A stretch of 64,000 nucleotides of DNA from positions 6,826 through 70,825 of the forward strand of contig JAKAFY010000004.1 of the NCBI GenBank assembly GCA_021817785.1. The letters run 5' to 3'. How positions within the stretch are numbered: position 1 is the first letter of the stretch; every line of letters begins with the position of its first letter. This document shows positions 46,147-55,705 of this stretch, piece after piece. The DNA is from a bacterium. GTDB lineage: Bacteria; Patescibacteriota; Microgenomatia; UBA10105; UBA927. A program made the translations under genes and the position numbers. Below the pieces are notes generated by a model, which did not search any database, was not told the origin of the DNA, and saw nothing but the letters and a program-made list of their open reading frames with translations.

Positions 46147-46995
46147 ATGCCGTGGTATATCTTTGCGCTTGCCAGTGCCATCTTTTTTGCATCCCAGGAA
46201 CTCCTCATGCGCGTGCTGGCCATAAAAACAAACTCGCCGAGGATTTTTTCCGTTATGTTTAACCTCTGGGGCGCGTTGTTTGCGCTTATCGCATTCGTCC
46301 TCCAGGGCGGATCATTTATGGGTTTGCGCGCGTTACCGTTATCCCAATATATGCTTATTGCGACATCGGGTGTTGCGTACGGACTGTACGAGCGGTACCA
46401 GTTTTCCGCACGCAAAGATATCGACGCATCCTCTTTTTCCGTCATTTCCAGTATGACCACCGTCATGGCGTTTATCGGCGCTATTTTCTTTTTACGCGAA
46501 TCGCTTACGATAGCCAAGGCGTTGGGTACAGCGCTCATCGTGTGTGCCTCTCTTCTTTTGGTGTACAAAAATCCCAAACTCAAACTCAATCGCGGGATGT
46601 GGTATGCGTTCCTGTGTGTGATATTTCTAGGAATTACCGGAGTGGTCGATAAACCCGCATCCGTGCATCTTCAACCGGCGCTTTTTAGCTTCCTCGTATG
46701 GTTTTTTCCCATCGTCATTATCGCGTTTCCCGGCGTTACCGCATCAGACGTTCGGAAGGAACTGCATATCGGCGGATGGAAAGCCGTACTCGCAGCCATA
46801 CTCAATGTTGTGGGTTACATCCTTTATATCCGGGCGTTTGCGTTAGCCGATGCATCGCGCGTTATTCCCGTCAGCGCGACGAGCGGTATACTTGTGGTCC
46901 TCGGTGGCATACTGCTTCTGGGAGAGCATGACCATATGAAACGAAAACTCATCGCTGGCGCCCTCGCCTTTGCCGGAGTATATTTTTTGAAATAA
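46147..46995 (+). CDS. EamA/DMT-family transporter
   Basis: 10 TM helices. EamA-like halves. Confidence 0.75.
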   Translation: MPWYIFALASAIFFASQELLMRVLAIKTNSPRIFSVMFNLWGALFALIAFVLQGGSFMGLRALPLSQYMLIATSGVAYGLYERYQFSARKDIDASSFSVISSMTTVMAFIGAIFFLRESLTIAKALGTALIVCASLLLVYKNPKLKLNRGMWYAFLCVIFLGITGVVDKPASVHLQPALFSFLVWFFPIVIIAFPGVTASDVRKELHIGGWKAVLAAILNVVGYILYIRAFALADASRVIPVSATSGILVVLGGILLLGEHDHMKRKLIAGALAFAGVYFLK

Positions 46996-47020
46996 CGGTA
47001 ATTTCATCTATAATCAACGT

Positions 47021-47557
47021 ATGCAAAAACAGGCGCTTATCCTCCACGCATGGCAAAACGGCCCGGACGCGCACTGGTACCCATGGCTGAAAAAGGAACT
47101 GGAATCGCGGGGGTATACCGTATATCTGCCGGAAATTCCGACGATGAATTCCAACGCTCCGGATCTTGATACGCAACTGCGTTTTATCGAAACATCCGTT
47201 CCCCTTACCGGCGACTGTGTCATTATCGGCCACAGTCTTGGCGCACTCCTCGCCATGCGGCTTGCGGAAAAACATACATGTACAAAAATGTTTCTTGTCG
47301 CCGGCTGGGACTTTAACGATCTTACCGTCGAACATCGGTCGTTTTGGCAAACTCCCATGGATCATGAAGCAATACAAAAGAACGTCAAAGATATATACGT
47401 CATCTCCTCAGACAACGACCCGTATATCACCGCTGTCACCGCAGAAGACATGAGCAAGCGCCTGAACGGGAAATTCATTCTTATCAAACACGCCGGCCAC
47501 TTCACGGACAAATTCGGGGTTACAAAAATTCCGGAATTACTTATGCATCTCGAATAG
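47021..47557 (+). CDS. Alpha/beta serine hydrolase (YdeN/RBBP9-like)
   Basis: LILHAWQNGPDAHWYPWL and the nucleophile elbow IIGHSLGA. About 178 aa. Confidence 0.7.
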   Translation: MQKQALILHAWQNGPDAHWYPWLKKELESRGYTVYLPEIPTMNSNAPDLDTQLRFIETSVPLTGDCVIIGHSLGALLAMRLAEKHTCTKMFLVAGWDFNDLTVEHRSFWQTPMDHEAIQKNVKDIYVISSDNDPYITAVTAEDMSKRLNGKFILIKHAGHFTDKFGVTKIPELLMHLE

Positions 47558-48725
47558 TGTTGTAAAGGTATAACGCGGCAGGAATGACGGTTACAAGTCC
47601 AATCCAGAAAAATAACCCCAGCGTTTTTCCGGAACCAATCGTATCCTGCAATCTACCGACAAAAAGTCCGGCAATACTCACGAGGAGATTGTAAAACAAC
47701 GCAATAGCCGAAAGGGCTGTGGCCCGATATCGAGAATCAATCTGGTCATTCTGCAATCGGGCCAAAATCGGCTTACGGAACCCATCTGAAAATTTCCGCA
47801 TATACACAGACGTAATCGCGCCCGCCCGACCCTCTAGGTATGATAATCCAGATCCTACAGTTTGCATGACTGCCAAAAATATGGGCATCTGTCGTTCTGA
47901 CAGTTTATTTGTCACAACCGGTATAAGTCTGGTTCCGACCGCGCGTATGAGATATGTTCCCGCTACTAAAAATCCCATACTTGCTGCGCCAAATCCGCCC
48001 TCTACCAGTCGTGGCTCGTACAAATACCAAAGTCCCACATACCCGATAAACTCCACTAAAATACTGAAAAGCGATATTGCGCCGATAAGCTGGTTACGGA
48101 ATATATGGATTGTGCCCTCGACATTCAATCGCATGTACCGTGCAAGCGTAACCTTCGTTGAAGTAACTGTGGGTTCATCAAAATAAAATACACCGATCAA
48201 TGCCCCCACAGAGGCAACCGCGGACGCCAGATATGGCAAATGAATATTAAACCGGTATAGGTATCCCCCGATAATACTTGCAATCGCCATACCTATAGTA
48301 CACCAAAAAAATGTGTTCGCCTCGGTCTTTTGATACCACTCCTTCTCTTTCCCGTTCTCTTTCAGGGAGTCGTAAAGAAGCGCGGAAAGCGCGCCGGACT
48401 CAAATGACCAGTTCGCCTGATACAGAATATTTGCGGCCAAAAACAACCAAAAATTATTGGCTACGCTATACAGCAAAAATCCCATAACCCCCAGCACGCG
48501 ACCGATAAGAATAGTGCGTTTTCGCCCGATCAGATCAGCGAGTGCTCCTGTCGGAAGCTGAAGGAGTATCCCCACCGCAAAACCGATTCCCATGATGAGC
48601 GTTATCTCGGTAAACGACAGATATGTTCTCCAAATAAACACCCAAACGCCTATGGCGACATAAAACCATTGAAAAACGGAATCTATGGTAAACACGCGGA
48701 TATTTCTTCTCCAGTTAGTTTTCAT
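47541..48725 (-). CDS. MFS transporter
   Basis: 12 predicted TM helices. MFS-type DLIGRKRTILIG motif. Confidence 0.8.
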   Translation of the reverse strand: MKTNWRRNIRVFTIDSVFQWFYVAIGVWVFIWRTYLSFTEITLIMGIGFAVGILLQLPTGALADLIGRKRTILIGRVLGVMGFLLYSVANNFWLFLAANILYQANWSFESGALSALLYDSLKENGKEKEWYQKTEANTFFWCTIGMAIASIIGGYLYRFNIHLPYLASAVASVGALIGVFYFDEPTVTSTKVTLARYMRLNVEGTIHIFRNQLIGAISLFSILVEFIGYVGLWYLYEPRLVEGGFGAASMGFLVAGTYLIRAVGTRLIPVVTNKLSERQMPIFLAVMQTVGSGLSYLEGRAGAITSVYMRKFSDGFRKPILARLQNDQIDSRYRATALSAIALFYNLLVSIAGLFVGRLQDTIGSGKTLGLFFWIGLVTVIPAALYLYNTIRDA

Positions 48726-48728
48726 ACG

Positions 48729-49439
48729 TTATTTTTTTGTACCGACTAATAGTACCATCCCGGTATACCCATCCCGCAAAGGTTCTTTTGCCCTTGGAAT
48801 ATGATACATCGTTACTGAATCACAGTGCGGCGTAAAAACACACTCAAGTAATTTCTTATGTACCGGATATGCGGGGAAATGAATTGGTCCGACGGAATAT
48901 CCGCAAGAATTTTCCATGAACGCTGCCACGAACATTCCTTTCGGCTTTGCAGAACGGATAAAATTATCACACGCAACCTCAAATTCAAGCGCGCTTGACG
49001 TGATAGATTCGGCACAAAAAAACATCATCACTACGTCATACGCTTTGTCCGGTCGTTTCAGTATTGATCCTTTTCGGATAACTACGTTCTGCCTTAGCCT
49101 TGCTATTGAACGTTTCTTATATCGGATATTTAATGATGACATATACGCACTAAAGGCATTCCAATACACGCTCGGCTTATGTAATTGACGGGTTAAGAAA
49201 TCAATATTTCTGGAACTTATTTCCAGGCAATCTATTGTCGATGCATATGGAGATATTGCCATCAACGGATAAAGGTTCGGTCCGGTACCTATATCCAACA
49301 CACGACATCCTCCGGATAATTTTTTTTCAAAATACGGCACTAATATATCTATAATCCGGCGATCTTCATCGTGTAAGTCAACATAATTGTCTCGCACATA
49401 AATTTCCGGATCAAATAGTTCCCACAAATGGTTCGTCAT
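48729..49439 (-). CDS. NNMT/PNMT/TEMT-family SAM-dependent methyltransferase
   Basis: FDPEIYVRDNY and the SAM motif VLDIGTGPNLYPLMAIS. Start taken at the internal Met; the 5' part of the ORF-track ORF overlaps the divergent TrmB gene. Confidence 0.65.
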   Translation of the reverse strand: MTNHLWELFDPEIYVRDNYVDLHDEDRRIIDILVPYFEKKLSGGCRVLDIGTGPNLYPLMAISPYASTIDCLEISSRNIDFLTRQLHKPSVYWNAFSAYMSSLNIRYKKRSIARLRQNVVIRKGSILKRPDKAYDVVMMFFCAESITSSALEFEVACDNFIRSAKPKGMFVAAFMENSCGYSVGPIHFPAYPVHKKLLECVFTPHCDSVTMYHIPRAKEPLRDGYTGMVLLVGTKK

Positions 49440-49515
49440 AATGAGGCAAAGTGTACAAAACAACGTGTCCGTAGTATACTTGTCGTCGCTTTCGTCCGAC
49501 AAAAGCGACATTATT

Positions 49516-50304
49516 ATGAATACTACATCACTGGAAGAACATTTGGCGCAATTTGGCCTTTCCAAAGAAGAGACCGCAATATACCTGGCTCTTTCGGGTA
49601 AACCCGCCCATACCGCCCTTGAGCTATCCAGACTACTCCGGGTTCCCCGTACCACTATCTATGATCATGTGACGAGCCTCATCGAAAAAGGACTCGTTGA
49701 GAGGATTGTGAAGTACAAAAGTCAACAGTTCCAAGCATATCCCATAGACATACTTTCGCATACTATTGATCAGGAAAAATCTCATCTCGACAGACTTACC
49801 ATATCTTTCGAATATCTCAAGAACCATATCCATGAAAGCAGCGCTATACTATCAACATCAACTCAGGTTCGATATTACCATGGTGCCACTGGTGTCCGGC
49901 AGATGATGTGGAATACGCTTTCCGCCGTGAAAGAAAATATCGGGTATTCCGTCATGGGCCGACGGGAAATCGTAGGAAAAACGTTTCTCAAACGGTACCT
50001 CGAAGAAATGGACCGCCGACACATTCTGGATCGCGTCATTATTAATCCGAAAAAAGAAACGCTGCTCTACGCCACGGACGGCATACTATCAGTGCGGACA
50101 AAAAAGGTGGCACTGGAAAAAATTCGTGTGATACCGGCGGCTCAGTTGCACATAACCGGGGATACGACGATATATAACAATATATTTGCCGTCATGTATT
50201 GGCAGCACGATGAAATCGTCGGTGTCGAAATCGAGAATCCGGAACTTGTTGCCATGCAGAAATCTATCTTTGAAATGCTCTGGAAGCTTTCGAAACCGTT
50301 TTAA
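49516..50304 (+). CDS. TrmB-family transcriptional regulator
   Basis: N-terminal winged HTH FGLSKEETAIYLALSGKPAHTALELSRLLRVPRTTIYDHVTSLIEKGLV. C-terminal TrmB-like domain. Confidence 0.75.
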   Translation: MNTTSLEEHLAQFGLSKEETAIYLALSGKPAHTALELSRLLRVPRTTIYDHVTSLIEKGLVERIVKYKSQQFQAYPIDILSHTIDQEKSHLDRLTISFEYLKNHIHESSAILSTSTQVRYYHGATGVRQMMWNTLSAVKENIGYSVMGRREIVGKTFLKRYLEEMDRRHILDRVIINPKKETLLYATDGILSVRTKKVALEKIRVIPAAQLHITGDTTIYNNIFAVMYWQHDEIVGVEIENPELVAMQKSIFEMLWKLSKPF

Positions 50305-50361
50305 ATACCGTAATATACTGTTGTAGATATCAGGTGCGGGGCATACTATGTTTACACATTC

Positions 50362-51249
50362 ATGAATTCCAAAACGCTCGCCATTACCGCACTTATCATC
50401 ACTGCCGCCGGATACGCATTGCTCTCCGTCGGCTCCCGGTTGCTCGCCGAAGGGTTTTTACCGATGACCCAGGTGTATATGAGGGTGACACTTGCGACCA
50501 TCGCGCTTATCATATTATTTCGTAAAAATCTGCGATGGAGAAAGCTCATATCCATGCCGCCACGTGATGCATGGGTACTTCTTTCTATGGGTACCATTGG
50601 CTTTTCCGTCGCCGTGTACTTTGTGACATTAGGCGCGCTGAATGCAAAACTGGTAAATGTATCTATTATTTTCGCATCGGTTCCGTTCTTTTCATACCTT
50701 TACGCGTTCCTGTTCCTCCACAAACCGTTAAACGCCAAACTTATCGGCCTTCTTATATTGTCTCTCGTGGGGATAGCCATTGTTGCGACCAAATCGTTCA
50801 TTCCTCATATTGCAACGTTTGGTACCGGAGAATTTTTTACTCTTGTCGCCACAGCCACTATGGCATGGTTTTACGTGGGCCGTAAACTACTAACAAAACA
50901 CCTCAACAACAATGAAATTACCGTCGTCGTTATGGCCATTGCATCCGTTTCCGCATTCGGATTCTCACTTGTTCGCGGTGAAACATTTTCGCCCTCTGCG
51001 TTTTCCAATATACATGTACTTGTAGGACTTATGATAGGCATCGCCATGAACGCGCTCGTTAACCCCATAGAAATATTCGCATTCGATCATTTGGACGCAG
51101 TCACCGGCAGTCAGATTTTACTTTTGGAAACCGTGTTCTCGCTTCTTCTCGGGTTCCTCCTGTATCATGAATATATATCCTTCCCCGAATTTGTCGGGGG
51201 GGTCATTGTCATCGGAAGCGTCTATCTGGCAAACAAAATGCCTGGCTAA
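50362..51249 (+). CDS. EamA/DMT-family transporter
   Basis: 10 TM helices. EamA-like halves. Confidence 0.75.
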   Translation: MNSKTLAITALIITAAGYALLSVGSRLLAEGFLPMTQVYMRVTLATIALIILFRKNLRWRKLISMPPRDAWVLLSMGTIGFSVAVYFVTLGALNAKLVNVSIIFASVPFFSYLYAFLFLHKPLNAKLIGLLILSLVGIAIVATKSFIPHIATFGTGEFFTLVATATMAWFYVGRKLLTKHLNNNEITVVVMAIASVSAFGFSLVRGETFSPSAFSNIHVLVGLMIGIAMNALVNPIEIFAFDHLDAVTGSQILLLETVFSLLLGFLLYHEYISFPEFVGGVIVIGSVYLANKMPG

Positions 51250-51269
51250 AAAAACGCTGCTTCTCCTCA

Positions 51270-51620
51270 ACTCCTCTATTCCCCTGTTCTTCAATTGCTC
51301 AATTCATCTATTCCTCTGTTCATCATTTTCTTATGTTCTCAATGTCCCAATTTCTCGATACCCCAATTTCTCAATTTATCGATTGCTCGATTTACCAAAT
51401 TCTTGATTTCTAGATTACTCAACTTCCCGATTTCTCAAGTTCTCAACTTCTCGAGTTTCCATTTCCCCAATTTCTCAAGCCCCCGATGTTTCAAGTTCCC
51501 CATTTCTTCAGTTCACAAGTTTTAAGTTTTCAATTTCTTCAGTTCTCAATTTTTAAGTTCCCAATTTCTTCAGTTCTCATTTTTTTCAGTTCCCAATTTC
51601 CCGATTTCTCAACATCCTTC
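51270..51620. repeat. Degenerate AT-rich tandem-repeat array built on cccaatttctcaa / gttctcaa units
   Basis: About 15 imperfect copies with a sub-period near 10 nt and clearer 30-31 nt units near the 3' end, e.g. caatttcttcagttctcaatttttaagttcc repeated twice. Confidence 0.8.
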
Positions 51621-51664
51621 ACCACGCATCCATTAATGTTATTCACTTAGTATTCCCATACCTT

Positions 51665-51698
51665 CTTTGTTACCATGTTTTGAAACATAGTAACAAAG
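51665..51698. repeat. Palindrome ctttgttaccatgttttgaaacatagtaacaaag (15 of 17 arm matches) 5 nt after the yerC-like stop
   Basis: Near-copy of the perfect palindrome at 52157-52182. The flanking about 10 nt is also similar. Confidence 0.8.
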
Positions 51699-51702
51699 AA
51701 TA

Positions 51703-52146
51703 TTAGAACGCTTTCTGACTTGCCATCTTTGCTTCCCAACGGCGCTTTCTCCAGCTTCTCCAGTCCCGTCCCACAGGAGGAAACATATCTGCAAGCGCAT
51801 CATCAATTTTTTGGATAAATGCTTTTAATTCCTCTTTACGGAGCAGTGACCCGACCACCGCCAAATAGCCGCCCTTGCCCGACTGCAGCATTACACTCAC
51901 TTTGCTCACCGTTCCCAGGCTTACTTTCAGCCAGCGCGATATCGTGCGTTGGTCGTAATGTTTCAGGAGAAGCAGAGCGATAGAAAGTCGCTTTGCGATC
52001 ATCAGCCGCTCCGTCGGGGAAAGTAGATCTCCTAATAACCGGCTCACCGTATCCCGGCTCTTTGCCGCAGCGATGCTTTCCATGAGGACTTCATATACAC
52101 GCATTTCCACTTCCTTACGGAGAGGAATCCTAGACACCTGCGTCAT
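51703..52146 (-). CDS. TrpR-related YerC/YecD-family DNA-binding protein
   Basis: LLSPTERLMIAKRLSIALLLLKHYDQRTISRWLKVSLGTVSKVSVML matches the Trp-repressor-like YerC/YecD fold. Confidence 0.7.
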   Translation of the reverse strand: MTQVSRIPLRKEVEMRVYEVLMESIAAAKSRDTVSRLLGDLLSPTERLMIAKRLSIALLLLKHYDQRTISRWLKVSLGTVSKVSVMLQSGKGGYLAVVGSLLRKEELKAFIQKIDDALADMFPPVGRDWRSWRKRRWEAKMASQKAF

Positions 52147-52156
52147 ACATTCCTAC

Positions 52157-52182
52157 GTTACCATGTTTTAAAACATGGTAAC
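52157..52182. promoter_or_regulatory. Perfect 26-bp palindrome GTTACCATGTTTTAAAACATGGTAAC 11 nt upstream of the yerC-like start; putative operator
   Basis: The 13-nt arms are exact reverse complements. Lies in the divergent intergenic region with the downstream EamA gene. Confidence 0.6.
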
Positions 52183-52254
52183 AAGAGATGTGGATATCCA
52201 ATGCAGTCATTTTCATATAAAATAAACGTGCAGGCGGCATCATTCATTTGCATC

Positions 52255-53112
52255 ATGAAATTATCCAAAGGATTTATCTATACGTTTCTGACATCCCTTT
52301 GCTGGGCTATCAGCATCGTGCTGGCACGCATCGTACTAAGCCACGGCGAAAACCCGTATAACCTGGCGTTCTGGACGTCCATTCTTGCCGCTCCGTACTG
52401 GCTATATCTTTTTTCCACGGAGCGCAAAAACGTACAACGGCTTACGGCCAAAGACATCGCGATCCTTTTCGGCATGGCGGCCATCAGTTCCGTCGGAGTT
52501 ACGTTCGTGGAAGCGTTCGCCCTCACCTACAGTCCTGCGGTAAATTATTCATTTCTCATACGCATGGTTTCCGTTTTCGTTATCATCTTTGCCGCAATAT
52601 TTCTGCATGAAAAAATCACGAGAAAAAAAGTTATTCTTTTAGCGACCATCCTTGCCGGTGCCTATTTGCTGACGACCAACGGACGTGAGCTGCACCTGAC
52701 CACCGGCGACATGTTCACGCTTCTGGAGGCCATGCTTCTGGCCATCGGAAACGGCGTCCTCATCAAACTTGCTACCAACAGGATGACGCCGAATCTCGGC
52801 TCATCTGCCAGAGTGCTTATCGCGCTTATCCCGATGATACTTATCGCCATGACACATACCTCGCTTCATGTACCCCGGGAATTTTTGCTGGTTCTCGGCA
52901 TCACCGTATGCGATTTTGCGCTCACCTATTTTCAGTTCCGTGCGTTTAGACATGCGACCGCGTCGTTTGTGACGATGATCATGTCGTTTACTCCGGTACT
53001 TGTCGCCATCATGGCCGTACCGGTGCTCAGGGAGACATTAAGTCCCATCCAGCTTGCCGGGGGCGTTCTCATTATTTCAGCAGGCGTTCTTGTGGAAAAA
53101 CTGAAAGTGTAG
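52255..53112 (+). CDS. EamA/DMT-family transporter
   Basis: Start at MKLSKGF. 10 TM helices. Confidence 0.75.
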   Translation: MKLSKGFIYTFLTSLCWAISIVLARIVLSHGENPYNLAFWTSILAAPYWLYLFSTERKNVQRLTAKDIAILFGMAAISSVGVTFVEAFALTYSPAVNYSFLIRMVSVFVIIFAAIFLHEKITRKKVILLATILAGAYLLTTNGRELHLTTGDMFTLLEAMLLAIGNGVLIKLATNRMTPNLGSSARVLIALIPMILIAMTHTSLHVPREFLLVLGITVCDFALTYFQFRAFRHATASFVTMIMSFTPVLVAIMAVPVLRETLSPIQLAGGVLIISAGVLVEKLKV

Positions 53113-53121
53113 CATATACCT

Positions 53122-54510
53122 ATGAAGCGTCGTTTCATCGATTATCTTGCCTACGCCTTTATCGCCCTCTACACCCTGGCCGCCATACTCGTTTCCGTGA
53201 ACCGCTTCTGGCAATACGAGGTGTTTTACTATGACTTCGGCATATTTGATTCTGCGATATGGAGTGTCGCGCACTTCCGACCACCTGTCATTGATCACTT
53301 CGTCATCGGCGGCAAATGGATATTTGCCGATCATTTCAGCCCCAGTATGTTTTTGCTTTCCCCCATCTACTGGTTTACTGCTCGTCCGGAAGCGCTCCTT
53401 ATCGCACAGGCGGTAGCCGTTGGACTTAGTGCGCTCGTGTTGTATTTGTTAGCTAAACACGTTCTTAAATCGTCATTTATCTCTCTTGCTATCTTGCTTT
53501 CTTACTTATTATTTATCGGCACCCAAAACGCGCTGATTGCTGATATCCACGAAGTCACGTTTATGATGCTGCCGCTCTCTCTCGTTTTCTATGCGATCGT
53601 CACCAAACGGCCGAAACTTTTTTGGGTCATGTTTTTCATCACGTTGGGATTCAAGGAAAGTGCCGCGCTGCTCGGCGTGGGAATCGCGTTCCTTATCGTG
53701 TTGTATAACAGACGCTGGTGGAAAACAGCTGTTCTGGTCGGGGTCATATCGGTTGTCTGGGGTATACTTACGACCCAGGTTATTATTCCGTATTTTTTCG
53801 GGAACAGATATTTCTACACCCCCACCTTCGATCATAATCCATGGGTAGTCTTCTGGTCGTTGTTTGACGATCCGGTCAAACGGAAGACGTTACTTCTTTC
53901 GTTTACCAGTTTCGGATTTCTGCCCGCACTCTATCTCCCAGCCTGGCCGCTTATGCTGCAGGATATCGCCGCACGCTTTATGCAGAAAGACTTCACGCTC
54001 CGATGGGGACTGGGTCTGCATTACAGTGCGCAACTTTCCGTCATCATGGCTTTTTCCTCTATTATGGCGGCTGATTTTCTGAAGAAACATATACCCCGGC
54101 TCGGCATCATTGCGGGAGCGACACTCCTTACCCTGCTATCCGTGTACCTGCACCAGTTCAAACTGCACGGGCCGTTGGGTCTTTCATACAACCGCGCATT
54201 TTACGCGAATACAAAAAATTTTGCGTTCTTAAACACCCTCATCGCGCGTATTCCGAAGGGCACTACCGTCATGACGCAAAACGACATCGCGCCGCACATG
54301 ATCCACACCCACAAGGTATATCTTCTTCGTGCGGTATACGATTCGTTCTTACCGGAGTACTTTGTGCTGGATCTTAGAGCCGGACAAAATTTCAATGACT
54401 TCTTTGGCGCGGATATAGAAGCGCTCAAACTTACGCTGCCGCATGACACGCGCTACCGGCTTATTTACAGCACGAAAGAACAGTTTATCTACCAGCGGAA
54501 ATCCGATTAA
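53122..54510 (+). CDS. DUF2079-family integral membrane protein
   Basis: YDFGIFDSAIWS near the N-terminus. About 12 TM helices plus a C-terminal soluble domain. About 462 aa. Confidence 0.6.
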   Translation: MKRRFIDYLAYAFIALYTLAAILVSVNRFWQYEVFYYDFGIFDSAIWSVAHFRPPVIDHFVIGGKWIFADHFSPSMFLLSPIYWFTARPEALLIAQAVAVGLSALVLYLLAKHVLKSSFISLAILLSYLLFIGTQNALIADIHEVTFMMLPLSLVFYAIVTKRPKLFWVMFFITLGFKESAALLGVGIAFLIVLYNRRWWKTAVLVGVISVVWGILTTQVIIPYFFGNRYFYTPTFDHNPWVVFWSLFDDPVKRKTLLLSFTSFGFLPALYLPAWPLMLQDIAARFMQKDFTLRWGLGLHYSAQLSVIMAFSSIMAADFLKKHIPRLGIIAGATLLTLLSVYLHQFKLHGPLGLSYNRAFYANTKNFAFLNTLIARIPKGTTVMTQNDIAPHMIHTHKVYLLRAVYDSFLPEYFVLDLRAGQNFNDFFGADIEALKLTLPHDTRYRLIYSTKEQFIYQRKSD

Positions 54511-55691
54511 AGAAGGTTATATGTTTTGGCAAATATCTCCAAGCGGTCAAATGCACTGTGGATGACGGATGCATCTGCAGCAAACGACATCCGCACACAC
54601 CCGGCTCCCGATGGCCCCATACCGCTCCCGGGTATCAGGATTACCCTTGCTTCGTCCACGACTTTTTTTGCAAATTCCATGGCCGGCATATCAAATCCGT
54701 GGTATGTGGCGAATATATAATACGCGCCGTCCGGTTTATGATAGGAAAACAACTTCGGCAACCGGTCCAGACGTTCACATATGGCCTGCTTGCTTTCCGT
54801 AATTTTTTTCTTTAGCTCTTCCGAATACATCTTCCCGCGGGGGTCGGAAAGGGCGGCGGTAGCTGCCACGATCGACGGCGTCGGCGGGCACACGCTCGTA
54901 TATATACCGACCGCATGAATTTTCTGTATCAATTCCGGCGTCGCATACGCATACCCCACCCGCCATCCGGTCATGGCATACTCTTTGGAAAAACTCCGGC
55001 AAAGAATGACGTTATTTCGTATCTCCGGCAAACGCAGTGGACTGAATAATTTCTTGTCATATGTCAGAAAAAAATATGCCTCATCCAAAAGGAGCATCAC
55101 GTCATATTCCAATACGATCGACACAAGCTCCCGCACGTCCTTCTCAGACAGCACGGTCCCCGTGGGATTATTTGGGTTGGTTAAAATAATAAGCTTCGTT
55201 TTTTTGGTCATCGCCTTCCGAAGTTTTTCGATGCTGAATCCCCATCCGGAGGCTTCATCATACGGGACAAATACGGGAGTAGCTTCCGCCAAATGCAGTT
55301 GTGACAGATGCAGTGCATAGCCCGGCTCAAAGTAAATTACTTCATCCCCTTTTTCCACTAACGACAATATAGACGCAAACAATGCTCCTACGCCGCCGAC
55401 CGTTATATCCAGCCGTTCTGCTTCGGGCGTAAAGCCATACTCTTCCTCCATCTGCTTGGCGATAAGGGATTTCAGCGTATCTTCTATATCTGCCTTCGTA
55501 TCGGAATACATCCCGACGAGCGGGTTCTTTTTGGCCTCACGTATGAGATAGTCGTAAATAAAAGGTGGGGTGGGAAACAATGGCGTGCCCTGTCCCAGGG
55601 ATACGGCATCCGGATATTTTGACGCATAGCGCATCATATATCCGATACCGGAATTCGGCAGATCGGTAACCCGTGCGGTGAATCTATTCAT
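54507..55691 (-). CDS. PLP-dependent aminotransferase (class I/II)
   Basis: NPNNPTG. PLP-lysine region SFSKEYAMTGWRVGY. Confidence 0.85.
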   Translation of the reverse strand: MNRFTARVTDLPNSGIGYMMRYASKYPDAVSLGQGTPLFPTPPFIYDYLIREAKKNPLVGMYSDTKADIEDTLKSLIAKQMEEEYGFTPEAERLDITVGGVGALFASILSLVEKGDEVIYFEPGYALHLSQLHLAEATPVFVPYDEASGWGFSIEKLRKAMTKKTKLIILTNPNNPTGTVLSEKDVRELVSIVLEYDVMLLLDEAYFFLTYDKKLFSPLRLPEIRNNVILCRSFSKEYAMTGWRVGYAYATPELIQKIHAVGIYTSVCPPTPSIVAATAALSDPRGKMYSEELKKKITESKQAICERLDRLPKLFSYHKPDGAYYIFATYHGFDMPAMEFAKKVVDEARVILIPGSGMGPSGAGCVRMSFAADASVIHSAFDRLEIFAKTYNLL

Positions 55692-55705
55692 GCCAGGAGA
55701 TTATA

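Noticed and set aside
46107-46589. 160-aa minus-strand ORF
   Set aside because: It is antisense to the EamA transporter at 46147-46995. It has no motif and no RBS.
51167-51525. Two ORFs (79 and 76 aa) over the tandem-repeat array
   Set aside because: Their translations are periodic, reflecting the DNA repeat (PNFSIPQFLNLSI...). There is no RBS. They are artefacts of the repeat.
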